A DNA stretch of 63,877 nucleotides, counting the filler, from Licmophora abbreviata (taxonomy: Eukaryota), in assembly GCA_900291995.1 (NCBI GenBank). It is 13 parts of 13 records of this genome, joined end to end, with 100 filler letters (N's around TTAATTAATTAA, not from the genome) between each part and the next. Parts side by side here need not be neighbours in the genome. Positions count along the whole stretch, not along the records: positions 6,440 to 19,501 come from OLMU01004897.1; positions 19,602 to 26,375 come from OLMU01004898.1; 11 more parts are not named here. One strand, 5' to 3'. Made by a program: the position numbers and the translations under genes. Shown here in pieces: positions 10,937 through 22,477 of this stretch; the first letter of the stretch is position 1, and each line of letters begins with the position of its first letter. The notes under the pieces are model-generated. The model made no database searches, had not been told where the DNA came from, and was given only the letters and a program-made list of their open reading frames with translations.

Positions 10937-13114
10937 ATGGTCACACACGCAAGAAACGACGGCCCCACCATGACTCGAGGATGGAAGACTCCAAGAGGAG
11001 GAGGCTCAGAACAAGATGCCGAGTTTGACGAGGCTTTCAGCTACGAGAACATTGCCCAGTCCAAGTCTCCGGCCGCGGATCGATATGGGCGAACACAGAC
11101 ATACACTTCGTATCGTCCTTCACGAGATGACCCTGGAGATCGGGAATATCGACAGGATATTACACCCATTTCACCAGTCGCACCGCAATCAGCTTCAGAA
11201 AGCATGATCGGAGATGACATTGCATTCTTCAGAATCGCCTCTGACCTCATGGACCTGCACACGTTAAAGAACAAAACTGCGCAACAAGCACTCGACTCGA
11301 TTCTAACGACCCGACAGCAACAAGCATTTCACGATAGACTGAGCACTCATATGTCTAATCTACCAATGTTTCCAGAGTCAGGAGAGAGCCGTGACATGCA
11401 GACAGTTCGAAGCGTTTGGGGTGTGTTCGGAAAGGCATTGAGTGATCTTGAGACACGGTTTGATGCTACTTCCAACGGCCGGCGATCGATGACTGGGGTT
11501 CCTCTGGAAGCGTCACGGCGGACAATGCAATCCACACCGGATCATAGTACGCCAGAAGACCCTAACACGGACGAACCATATGCATACGAGGGCGCTTTTC
11601 AACGTGACGACACAAGGATAGTTACACATGCTCATCCAGACCCCCCATACTATTCCGCGACGGCCGCTGTGTTGGACATGGAGGACTCCCTCAGTCCTCG
11701 GCCTATAGGGCCACATCGGCCTCTGCGAGTAAACGTCGATTGGAATATGGTACTTACTGAGGAGAATATCCTTGCGAAAGATAAACGAATGGGTAATTTG
11801 TTTGTCCCGACACAGTTGGAAGTTGCCGTGTCGATGGATCCAGACGTCCCAGGGCATGATTCGATTGCCCTTGGGTCTGCTGCCGTGACGCCGTCACCCA
11901 TGCGAACAATGGTTGATCCTGTGGAGGACCAGCCGATCGTTACTCGCTCAACAATAGATGCGGTCCCTAGGTCCGACGGTACAGACACGGTCTTCAGGTC
12001 AGGTGATGTAACTGCGTTGACGGATCTCGAATCACGGGGATTGAAAGAAACAACACGTCACCAGCGAAGAGAACTCTATACTACGGAGACAGCGCGAAAT
12101 AGGAAAGTTGAGGTTCTGGCACCGGAATCGCTTCCAGCGGTAAGTTGAAACTGATTGTCTACCGGTAAACATGAATGGCCATTGTCACACATAAAATTTC
12201 TCTAAAACTATTGGATATCTCACAGGGTTTCCAATTCGAAGCAAAAGTGGACGATAAAGTATTCTTAGCTACGGTGGTAAGAACCGTCTTGTGCACCGCA
12301 CTGCCATCGTGTTCGTCTTTTGCTCACAAACGTTTGAACTTCACTCCATTCTGCGCAGCCACAGGGTGGGGTCGAGAAGGGACAAGTATTCGTCTCCAAA
12401 ATGAAAGATGTCTATGGTGAAGAAAACTCGCGAAGTCGAGAGTTCCTGAACATGAATGTTCCTAAGTTCAGGTGGCGAACGTCATCGTGCGATTGCTTTC
12501 ATCATGGCTTCGGACATCCGTTCGTTTGGACAGCGCTGTTCTGTCCGCATGGTACGTGGAGAATAGCCTATTCGCCGGTGTTCGCGCGTCACGGATGCTA
12601 ATGTGCTGTGTATTCTGTCGTTGCTTTCTTAGTTGCACTCTCTCAGATCATGGCTCGTCTGAGGCTTTCTGGAACTGGTGAAAACAACGTTTCTCTTCGG
12701 TCGCGCACAAGGTTGAGCAGCATCAATTGTCTTTCTTTCGCTGTCGTTTTCTTGCACGCTTTTTATGGCTTGTACTTTTTGATTGTCAGTCCAACCATGC
12801 TTTCGGTTGGGATTGCTACATTGGCTTTGGTGGCACTCGATGTCTTTCTTCTCCTTTACTTTTTCTGCATGGTTCGGAGAACGCGTCACGTCATTCGGCG
12901 GGAATATGCCATCAAAGACATCATTTTCGGAGATGCGTGCATGGCGATTTGTTGTACATGCTGCACTTTGACACAGATGGGATATCATACGGCCGACTTC
13001 GACACTTATAGAGCGCATTGCTGCACAGACACTGGTCTCGCCCGTCATGTCGAGGTGAAGCTACCATTGGACGATGTGAATCGACGTCGTGTCGCGTCCG
13101 GAGTCGCTGTGTAG
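10937..13114 (+). CDS. PLAC8-domain membrane protein, paralogue B (introns 12140-12225, 12277-12358, 12552-12632)
   Basis: Spliced: VLAPESLPA|GFQFEAKVDDKVFLATV|PQGGVEKGQVF...RWRTSSCDCF...FCPH|VALSQ...RRTRHVIRREYAI...DACMAICCTCCTLTQMGYHT. Confidence 0.8.
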
Positions 13115-13536
13115 GTGCTAGCGACTGGCAAGTCTTCGATCAGATAAAGTGGTGAATTATCTGTTTACTCTAGCTTCGTTCTGTAGGGATTCTGATGACT
13201 TTGCTAGCTAGAGATCCTGCATACCGGTAGTCAGAAGTTGACGGCGCGAACAGCGTTTCTAATTGTACTTGCCTTCAGTACGTCTGTGTAGATCGTCGAG
13301 GCAACGGGAAAATATCATGATAGGCCCAACGCACGATCGCAGATTGGCGAGCCTGCCGTGGTCACTTTTTGTTCCACGTGGTGTGCTGTGTCGAATGCAT
13401 GAACTGCGAACGAAAAACGTGTCTCTTGTCGTGTCCCATAGCTTATGATATGTATACAGTCCAAGGCAGAGAAGATGGAGACCATGCATATAGACAAAAG
13501 AAGTTATCAACGATCCCAGAGCTGGGACTTGCTGAC

Positions 13537-14908
13537 ATGGCTAATAATCGGGTGACACTGACAATGTCACGTCCCATGAGTCCCAATGGTGCCCTACCCA
13601 TTATCCCTCCACACGACGTTACCAGAGGGGAAGTGCACAGTTCTAATAAGCAGGGATCTGAGTCTGTCACGCCAGGACCTAGCTCCCCTGCTGCCGTGTC
13701 AAAGAAGGTGACATTCGGCTCGCCCATCTCAAACGATGTCCATATCATGCGCCACGATATGAGGTCTGACGATGAAGAGTTTGCCATCGCAGCTCAACAA
13801 ATACTAAGGAGAATACAAGCCGACGAACAAAGAGACGAAACCAACCTACTCGCTGAAATTTTGCAGGATGGTGTAGATGTTATCTGGAGCTTTGGTAGCA
13901 GCGAGTCGATCATGGATCATGATGAAGAGGCCATACCTGTGATGACAGCACAATTTCTGGCCGATTTTGATATTGCATTGAAATATCGTATGAAACGATT
14001 GCCCTTTCGGACCAGCGGGAAGGAGACCGACGTGGAACAACTCACGCGAACAGTCACGTTCGCTTTGGCAAGTTGTGGCTACCCCCGCCCGGAGGACCAC
14101 CTAGCTTACAGAAAAGAATGTCCAGACGAACCAAGAGTAGACCCTGAAGCTCAATATTCAGTTTCGCTTCCTGGAAAGGCTGATGTCGGGCTTCTAGGTC
14201 GCTTGCGACAATGTTTTTTCCCAGACAACGAATCTTCTGGAGTGGGCGGTATCCCAGTAGAGGCTCCAGGACGAAGTTCTTCTTCGGTGCCGAAGGTTGA
14301 TCGATCGTTTGAAAAAGAGACAGTTATAGTTCGGGACTCTAATTTTAAGCCAATGGATAAATGGCAAGTCAACGTCCTTTCAGAATCAGCCCCGCTGTGT
14401 GGGGACGACGCAGTGGATTCCCATGCAAGCCCCGCGAACAGTCTGGGGAAAGGGCGAGAACAACGCACCGGGGCACGAAATTCCAGAAAAGAATTGAAGG
14501 ATGAAGAACTGGGCAGCGATAATGTCGATCGGGCATTCCGAAGACAGTATTGTTGTAATTCGGGAGTCTCGACTGATTGATTTATCGGCTTTACAAGCCT
14601 CTGCGAAGCAGGATAGCGAGGAACAGTCCGTCAACCTCCGACAAGTCTCGAATGAAGTCGCTGTACTACGTGAGCTGTCGATAGAGCGGCAGAGCCTTGT
14701 AGAAGAAAGTCGAAGAGTTCAAGGTATGGTTCGATCGACTCGAAATGAAAGTGTACGGATATCGTGCCGACGTCGTCTAGAGCAACTACGACTAAAGTTG
14801 CGAGAATTGTCAGGTTCTGACCCGTTGTCCATCCGACGCAGTCGAGGACGACAGAGCGGCGTCGATAACGGGAGACAGCAGGATGCCCCTCGTCGTCTGT
14901 CCCTCTAG
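13537..14908 (+). CDS. Paralogue D of the cluster: N-terminal helical domain plus C-terminal helical hairpin, no PLAC8 domain; frameshift at about 14539
   Basis: DDEEFAIAAQQIL...FDIALKYRMKRLP...LTR resembles the neighbours' N-domain. ORF 14501-14908 continues it: DRAF-EDSIVVIRES repeats the earlier DRSFEKETVIVRDS. Confidence 0.6.
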
Positions 14909-15022
14909 GAGATACGTTCGCTAAATAGCAAGTCTAATGATTCACAGGTTGTCAGAAATCAAACGGAACATGTATCTCTTATCTTAATAAACGTGTTCAA
15001 GTTTCTTCTGAAGTGGGGTCAA

Positions 15023-17182
15023 CTACACAATTTCCTGGGCCTCGCGACAATTGGTATTATAGATATCAGCTCCGGGAACAAGTCCCGTCATGGACCAACA
15101 TTCAGCCTCGTATTGGGCGTAATTCACCGTATGACGTTCCATCTGACAGACCGAGCAGGGCAAACAGAAAGCGGCACAGTAAAAATCTTCCAAATCGAAG
15201 CATCGCTTCTCTGGAATGTGGTGCTTGGTACGAAGCGCGGCACGAGTTGTTGACACGACGTTGATTGCAAACGCGAGAAACGCTCCATTGACCAGAACGA
15301 TCGCCAGCCAGTCTGCAACAGACAGTTCCAAGCCACTGTACCATTTGTAATTGTAGGCTGCGAACACCACCACATTCAGCGACAACCACACGAGGATGAT
15401 CTTCCACATCGTCGTGTAGGCCTTCTTAGAACCCTTCCTGGAGGGTCGTCCCATGAAGTCGAGACCGGTACGAGTCATAACTTGACCAAGTGCAACTGGC
15501 GAGAGCGAAATACGGCGACATATACTACATGAGATCGCATCATAAAAGGCAGCGGGAGTCACGAACAGAAACTTACGCAGAGGACACCACAGCCCGTTCA
15601 AGAGGTGGGCATGGAACATTCCGTGAGCGCCACAGTCAAAAAGGCTATCACGCCAGTCACCCCTGGGGACACCCTCTCGCGAGTTGACATCTCTCATGTC
15701 ACTCTTGAACGTTTCTCCCTTGTACACTCCGCCAACAGGCTGTGACAGACGAAAAGATAAAAGCGGTGAGAATCATACAACCAGTGAGACAAACTATATA
15801 CATCCACAGAATAATGACTCACCACAGTCGCAAGGAAACGCTTTCCCTCAATCTCCGCCTCGAAAACAAAACCCGTTGGCAAGTCTGCAGGGGCGACGAC
15901 ATCCACCAGTTCCGTTGAAGTGGCGCCGTCAGCGGCCACGGTGACCGTATCCATCGAGCGACTCGGTTCAGGATAAATTGCTCCTCGCGATGGAGGTATA
16001 TATTGTCCCGACGTCTGCAGATGCTGGTTATCCGTGGTAGAAGGTTAGCCTCGGGCTCATCATCGCGTAGACGAAGATGCGCCTGTAAGACTTCATCATA
16101 ATGATGGGAACTTGAAACCGATACCGCCGACGACGGGGTCTCAATGTGCAAGGCACGCAAACGGGCTTGGAGCTTGACGACGTGCTCCTTCCAGAACTCA
16201 GCAGCGTCTGATGTCTTGGATTCGGCCATGAATTTGGTGGCATCGCGAAGTTCCGCCATGAGCTGCTGCCTAGCCAAGTTCTCGGTGGCCGACGCGTGCG
16301 CTTCCGTAACGGACGTCCCCGTCAACACGGAACCGACAATGCTGCCGTCGTCGTGAGGGGAAATGTGCTGCGGAGGCAGGTTGGCAGCAGTCAGCGGTAC
16401 GCTTGAGACCATATTGGTAGCTCCCGACGGGGGCTTCGTGTTGGTCGGAGCGTTCTGTGTCAGGAGAAAGCACGATGCAAGTTAGTTTTGAGTTCTGTAG
16501 CAGCAGCGACATACAAATGGGATGACACAAGTACCCGTACCGTAAAGTGAATGGCTGAATCGTCCGTCGTCGCAAAACCAGCCGGCAGAGCCACTCCTGC
16601 CATTGCATAGAGAGGATTCGTACCATCCTCCCTGTCCAATCCCAAGTCCTTACAGCGACGCGTCAAGACATGAATCTGCGTTCCAGACTCAGACGGACAG
16701 TTGTGTTGGATTCGATAACGCACTGCCTCAACAAAGTCCTCCCTGGCCGAGGGTGGCAGCATGCTGTTGAGGTCATTCGAAGCGGCCGGATCAGTGAAAT
16801 ACGAAACGACCAAGTCGGCCAAAACATGGAAGGTATTGTCATTGTGCCTCAAGTCCAAGTTACGACTCTGGGTGGCGACAGACTGAGTCGGCGAGGGTGG
16901 CACCTTGGGTTCTTCTTGTGGCACGCCCGAGGGTTCCTCAACACTTTCCTGCGGAGGCACTGACGAGGGGCCGGCCTCGCTTTCGAGCTTGGGCACCGCA
17001 GCAGGCTTGGCGTCTTCTGTGACGGCCGTGAACTGTGAGTCGCCTGTCGGGGCGGACGTGTCGCTGCCGAGCTTTGGCGACGCCGGTGGCGGACTCGAAA
17101 CACGAGAGCGCTTCGTCGGACTAGCAGTCCGAGTGGAAGACGCAGACAACAGAGACGGTTCTTCCTTGTCGTTCCAGAACAT
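15023..17182 (-). CDS. PLAC8-domain membrane protein, paralogue C (introns 16455-16540, 15740-15822, 15496-15576; frameshift at about 16043)
   Basis: Spliced: VVAPADLPTGFVFEAEIEGKRFLATV|PVGGVYKGETF...GDWRDSLFDCG...WCPL|LALGQ...TRAALRTKHHIPE...EDFYCAAFCLPCSVCQMERHT. Confidence 0.8.
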
Positions 17183-17788
17183 GATGGCGAGAACTGCGTG
17201 GCCTATCTATGGCGCTTCTCCGTCACACAGATCTGAACTTGCCTCCGTCAGAACAAGTTGAAAGTACAGTGAGTCTGTAGGTGGCTCGAACCGCGCCACT
17301 TCTACCTCCAACACAGAATCCTCTGGCGATTTCTACTCAAGTCTTTCTAGGAGATGCACGCTTTCTCCGTTCGAGTACACTAGAAACAAGTGTCTTTGTT
17401 AGTACCGATGAAACGACAAAGGGTGCCGCGGCGTCGTGTCGATCGCTCTGTGTTCTGCTCCAAACCAGGTCGCTGATTTTCTTTTCATCAGTGGCGTCGC
17501 CAATCTTGTAGCCGGGTGGATCTGTCCGTTGGCGACATTAGTGTTCGCTGCACACGATTCAGTATACGGCACTGGTAGTAATACATACGCATCTGTCAAC
17601 TTTGAAAAGTGAACTGCGAGCTCTGAGCTCTCCAAACAAACAAACAATACTTCCCGCCAAGCCGCGGCATCTTGCGCGCCAAACTTCTGACATACGTCAA
17701 CCATGGGAGTGTATCCTTGACATTGCATCTGACTTAAGTACATCATCTCACTACAAGGAGCAGCCTTAAACCCACGCCTACTACAATC

Positions 17789-19328
17789 ATGTCAAAAGAG
17801 GGAGCTCCCCTCCCCGAGTCGGTCTCATGGCGTGTCTTTCTCGTGTTCTTTGGCATGTTCCAAATTACGCTCGCCGCCGGATTAATCGTCGGCTGGGCAG
17901 GTATCGCCGGGAGCATGCTAGTAGAATCGCTCGAAAACGGCGGTGCCGGTTTGACCCTCGATGAGACGACGCAGATGTTTGGTCTCGCTGCAAGTGTCAA
18001 CTACATTTCGCCGCTCTTCCTTGGTATCTTGTTGGACAAGCGAGGTCCTCGCACGTGTTCGGTCGTTTCCAATTCCTTTGTCGCAATCGGGTGCCTTGTC
18101 TTTTGCGCGGCACAGCAGCTTACGACGTTCTCCATTGGCATTTGTCTTGTCGCCTTTGGAGGACCTGGTGTACAAACGTCGCTGATTCATCTTGGAAACT
18201 TGTTTCCAGAACGACGCTTCTTTGTCATGGGATGTGTCGCAGAAACCATTACACTGTCCTTTGCCATATTGCCCTTGATGGATGTCCTGTGGCAAACCAC
18301 GTCGTTAGGATTTCGCGATTTATTCGGAGGACTCTCAGTCATGGTGGCTTGTTCGGCAGTGGCGTCCGTTTTACTCTGGCCCGATACAACCTACGAAGTA
18401 CAAGAAGTCCAGCATGAAGCTGTACAGGAGGAGGTACCGGTGACGCACAGCATTCGCTACCGAGATGCCAAGCAAGACTTGGAGGCGCTCTTACAGGACG
18501 AAGATATCGTGCCGCCCACCACGAGTCTACAGGACGCCACGTTTCAAGAGCAGGTGACCAGTGGAGTCTTTATCCGATTGAGTCTCTTCTTTCTGGTCAC
18601 CAGCTTCTGGGCGAACTTCTACATTGCAATTGTCACCACTGAGGTAAGAGGCAGCGAGTTTGACAGACAATCTGTATCATCGAAAAACGAATCTACTAAC
18701 TTACGTGCTTTCGGTGTAACGCGCACAGCTTGGAGACCAACAGCTTTTCGACTTGGACATGCAGCACCAACTTGCAGTCCTATTGAGCTTTATCGACGCC
18801 GGTGCCATTGTCTGTGCACCGCTTAGTGGCTATCTTCTAGACTCCGTCGGTTTCACCCCCACCGCCTTCATCACGATCTCCCTCGGCATCCTCCAGATGG
18901 TCCTTGTATTGAACGCCGGTGCAAGCGTTCCCCTGATGATGGCAAGCTTCGTGTCGTACTCCATCTTCCGTGCGTTCCTCTTTCCTTACTTTTTCGCCAG
19001 CCTCTCGAAAAAGATTGGCTTCAAGTTCTTTGGAATTCTATCCGGCATGTCGTTTTCTATCTCTGGCATTTCGCAGCTCTCCATTGCGCCCCTGGCGACG
19101 GTAATCGAAGGCACGTGTCATGAATTTGACGATATTACCGAAACCAACTGTGAAGTGGGCAAGTGGAACGAGATCCACGTGGTACAGATACTTTGCTTGT
19201 GTGCACTTTTGTTGGTACCCCTGATGGATTATTGTGTGACAAAGGCGGAGAAGGAGAAAGAGAAGGATGCCAGCATGAAGTTACTCCTGGACAAGTCGAG
19301 CCAGGGTTCGTATGGGTCGACGAACTAA
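17789..19328 (+). CDS. MFS transporter (SLC43/LAT3-like); intron 18644-18728
   Basis: About 12 hydrophobic segments and the MFS motif A variants GILLDKRGPR and GYLLDSVG. AGLIVGW and FGILSG are typical of SLC43. Confidence 0.8.
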
Positions 19329-19601
19329 CGAAGCTGACTGGCGTTGAGGCTTACTATATGTTGTTCAAAAGAGACGGTGATGTAGAGTACGTTGATACTT
19401 TAGGTTGTTTGTTTGCTCTTACGTATTTACGTTCGGAATGTACGTAGATCTCAAGAATTTACTTCGTAGTATTCGCGGTAGGTCATGCGGTACATCGGTA
19501 GNNNNNNNNNNNNNNNNNNNNNNNNNNNNNNNNNNNNNNNNNNNNTTAATTAATTAANNNNNNNNNNNNNNNNNNNNNNNNNNNNNNNNNNNNNNNNNNN
19601 N

Positions 19602-20567
19602 GCCATCGAAGCTCCTCCAGCTGCCGCAGCGGAGGCTGCTCCGCTTATCGCTGCGGATGCCGCAGTCGTGCCGGCGCCTCCACAGCACGAAGCACCGAAG
19701 CTCGCTGCTCCTCCCGCCAAGCGCTACAAGCGCCGCAAGGAAAAAGGCCCGTCCTTTAACGATATGCTCTTTGAACTTCTCCAGTTCCGCGCCAAGAATG
19801 GGCATTGCCGTGTCCCTCTCAAGTCGAAACTAGGAAAATGGGTCACGCATATGCGAGCTCAGTACCTGGCGATGGAGGGAGTGAAGGCCGCGGGGACCAA
19901 GAGGTACTTGACTCCTGAACGCGTTGAAGTGCTCAGCAGCATTGGCTTCGTGTGGGATGTCATCAAGTTCGACAGCGATCAGAGGTGGCAGAAGCACTAC
20001 GAGGAGCTCGTTTCCTTCAGGGACCTCAACGGACACACCAACGTGCCGCAGAGCAGCGGCTCGCTTGGCAAATGGTGCAAGATGATGCGCGAGCAGTACA
20101 AGGAAACGCAGCTCAAGCTCAGCGGAGTTCCCCTTCTGCCGCGTACCAAGCGTCGCACGTGCCTCGCTCAGGACCGCATCGACAAGCTCGAGGCACTGGC
20201 ATTCGAGTGGAGGATGGCGCCTCCGGCTGTTGGATGGGATGCTCGCTACTTGGAGCTCGCACAGTACCGTCGTGTCTATGGCGACTGCCTCGTCCCACAG
20301 GCGTGGGCGCCGAATCCAAGTCTGGGTAAGTACAGCGGTAGAATGGAGATTGACGTTTCACCCTTCTGTTTGGCAAGTTTCTAACCTCGTGTCTATACGG
20401 ATTGCTTTTTCTTCTTTTGTGCAGGACGCTGGGTCATGAAGCAGCGCTGCCAGTTCAAGCTCAAGCAGGAAGGAAAACACTCCCAGCTCACGGACGAGCG
20501 TGTCAGCAAGCTTGACGCCTTGGGTTTCACCTGGAACACGGTGGGTGTGCGTCAGCAAAGGCGCTAA
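19602..20567 (+). CDS. Helicase-associated (HA) domain repeat protein, three HA repeats; 5' partial; intron 20326-20424
   Basis: Repeats of W...ELxxFxxxxGHxxVP...LGKW...R...L..ERxxxLxxIGFxW. Confidence 0.85.
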
Positions 20568-20853
20568 AAGGGAGAAGCATCGCGAAGGAAGGAATGTGGC
20601 GGACGATGCCGTGGAAGAAGGTCGATTTTGCGCACAATGATCAAGTGCTTGCTTTGATTTTTGTTGGGGTATGCAATGTGTAAACGTATGGGTTAATCGG
20701 AGGTGGCATATGTCTGCTTGATATTGCCTACAACGAGTCGCGTAGACGCTCGAACTATCTGATATTGAAGTGGAAGTCTCGCTCCAATAGTCTACTTTAT
20801 TAGTGAACTTCGTTCATATTTGTAATTTCAGTGATGTCAACGAGACTGTATTT

Positions 20854-21969
20854 CTACACTTCGGCCTTTTGCGGATAGAAGATTGAGCTGCGATCACTAA
20901 GCAGGTTTCGGATGGGCTCTTGTATCCCTGGTACGAATCCAAACCGAGTAAAGAAGCGATGGTAGGGCATGCTTTCTTCTTCCTCAGAGCGGTATTGGTT
21001 CATCAGTTCCTCGCCTGCGGCAATATCTCGTCTTGCTCTTACTTCGACCGTGCCATCGATCTTTCGCATCGCATGTCCAATGTTGGGCTCGTCACTATGT
21101 TGTAGCATATCCAACATGGGTACAAGTTTTTCTGAATCTTCGTCGCCATCCTGAAAGGATCGAGTTAGCAAGCAGACGAAGGCGCCTGTGATAGCCTCAG
21201 GCAATCCTTCAACTGTTTCGGGCGACAGTGCGGGTTTTGCTTCCCACGGCCACGAGAAGCCACTCTCGGACTCGACCGTCTCACCTCGAGCAGCCCGAAT
21301 GGCTGGTCCAACAATTCCATTCATGATTTTAGTGGCGAGAGCTACTTCTGAGCGTATTTCGGCAGCCTCTTGATAGCTCAAGGAGCCTTTGAGCAACGAC
21401 TCAATGTCATCTTCCGACCAGAACAGAACGTGCTCTTGGTTGTTCACGCCTCGTTTCCAAGGGAGCGTGGCGAGATAAGCTGCAAAGGGGCTACCCGCAA
21501 CCGCTACTTCCTCACCATCAAGCATCGCTTGTCGCATCAGCAAGTACTCCTTGGCGAGAAAGCCAGCCATGCAAACCGTATTTCCTCCCGGGCCCGCCTT
21601 CTTCATCACAGCTGCAAAAGCCTCACCACAGCTGGGATCATCCATAACATCGTCCATCGTCACGCATGCATTCCTTGGGACAGTAAAGAGCAGGTCGTCC
21701 TTAGCTATGGATTCTGTAACGAACGCCCCGCATCCGCCGCCACGAGACGACTCCCGAATGACGATCTTGTCGCTGACTTCTGCGTCTAGTGACTTGATCC
21801 ATGAGAGCAACTGATCGTACTTGCTGGTTGCAGTCAATGAATTAGCATCATTGGTGGCGGAAGATCCATACAACCGCGTCGAAACAGCTCGTCCCTGAGA
21901 CTGTCTGACAGTGTTGGCCGGGGACAGAGTCAACAGAGCCAGGGTAGGCGCGACCGTCCAGAAAAGCAT
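20854..21969 (-). CDS. SET-domain lysine methyltransferase (Rubisco LSMT-like), probably plastid-targeted
   Basis: GGGCGAFVT, SPFAAYLATLP, LLTRSF, LVPMLDMLQHS, ARRDIAAGEEL..QY and FGFV motifs. N-terminal signal plus transit-like peptide. Confidence 0.85.
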   Translation of the reverse strand: MLFWTVAPTLALLTLSPANTVRQSQGRAVSTRLYGSSATNDANSLTATSKYDQLLSWIKSLDAEVSDKIVIRESSRGGGCGAFVTESIAKDDLLFTVPRNACVTMDDVMDDPSCGEAFAAVMKKAGPGGNTVCMAGFLAKEYLLMRQAMLDGEEVAVAGSPFAAYLATLPWKRGVNNQEHVLFWSEDDIESLLKGSLSYQEAAEIRSEVALATKIMNGIVGPAIRAARGETVESESGFSWPWEAKPALSPETVEGLPEAITGAFVCLLTRSFQDGDEDSEKLVPMLDMLQHSDEPNIGHAMRKIDGTVEVRARRDIAAGEELMNQYRSEEEESMPYHRFFTRFGFVPGIQEPIRNLLSDRSSIFYPQKAEV

Positions 21970-22477
21970 ATTGATCTACGCGATCAAGTCAGAAAAGCTG
22001 AGTCTAGTCCCTTTCTAAGAGCAGAGTCGTTGAACGAAGTGATTTCCGTGAAAAGACGTCGAGGCGATCCGTGAGAGAATGGTATACTGACTGTCACCGC
22101 CGGCAATGTTGACACGACACGTGAGAGAATACGCAGTGTGGCGGGAAAGTACCTTTGACTTCCAGCTGGAAGGCGCGCACGAGCTCCCGCCTCTTTTTGT
22201 GAAATCGTGAAATCGTGCGTCGTTGTGCGAGGATCTGCAAACGAGTGAGGATGATGATGATGATGATGCGCCGCGGTTCTTGCAACACACCGACGTGATG
22301 TGATGATGACAAGAAGGGGGGCAGCTCAATTCAATTTCTTGCGCTGTTAGACTCCTGACGACGCTTTGTACTGAATAAAACTGCAAAGTTCGAGGGGTTT
22401 TTTAGAAAAGAAAAGGCAGCATTGACTGTTCCAAAGTGTGCTCTCTATCACCTGAAACATTTGACACTGCAGTCCAA

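Noticed and set aside
13369..13460. Cys-rich N-terminus of ORF 13369 (CCVECMNC...CLLSCP) as a PLAC8 remnant or metal site
   Set aside because: It begins at a non-ATG codon upstream of the likely start and has no supporting similarity; probably translated UTR.
22250..22310. (GAT)n microsatellite / box C-like TGATGA motifs
   Set aside because: Short intergenic simple repeat with no matching box D or terminal stem to support a snoRNA.
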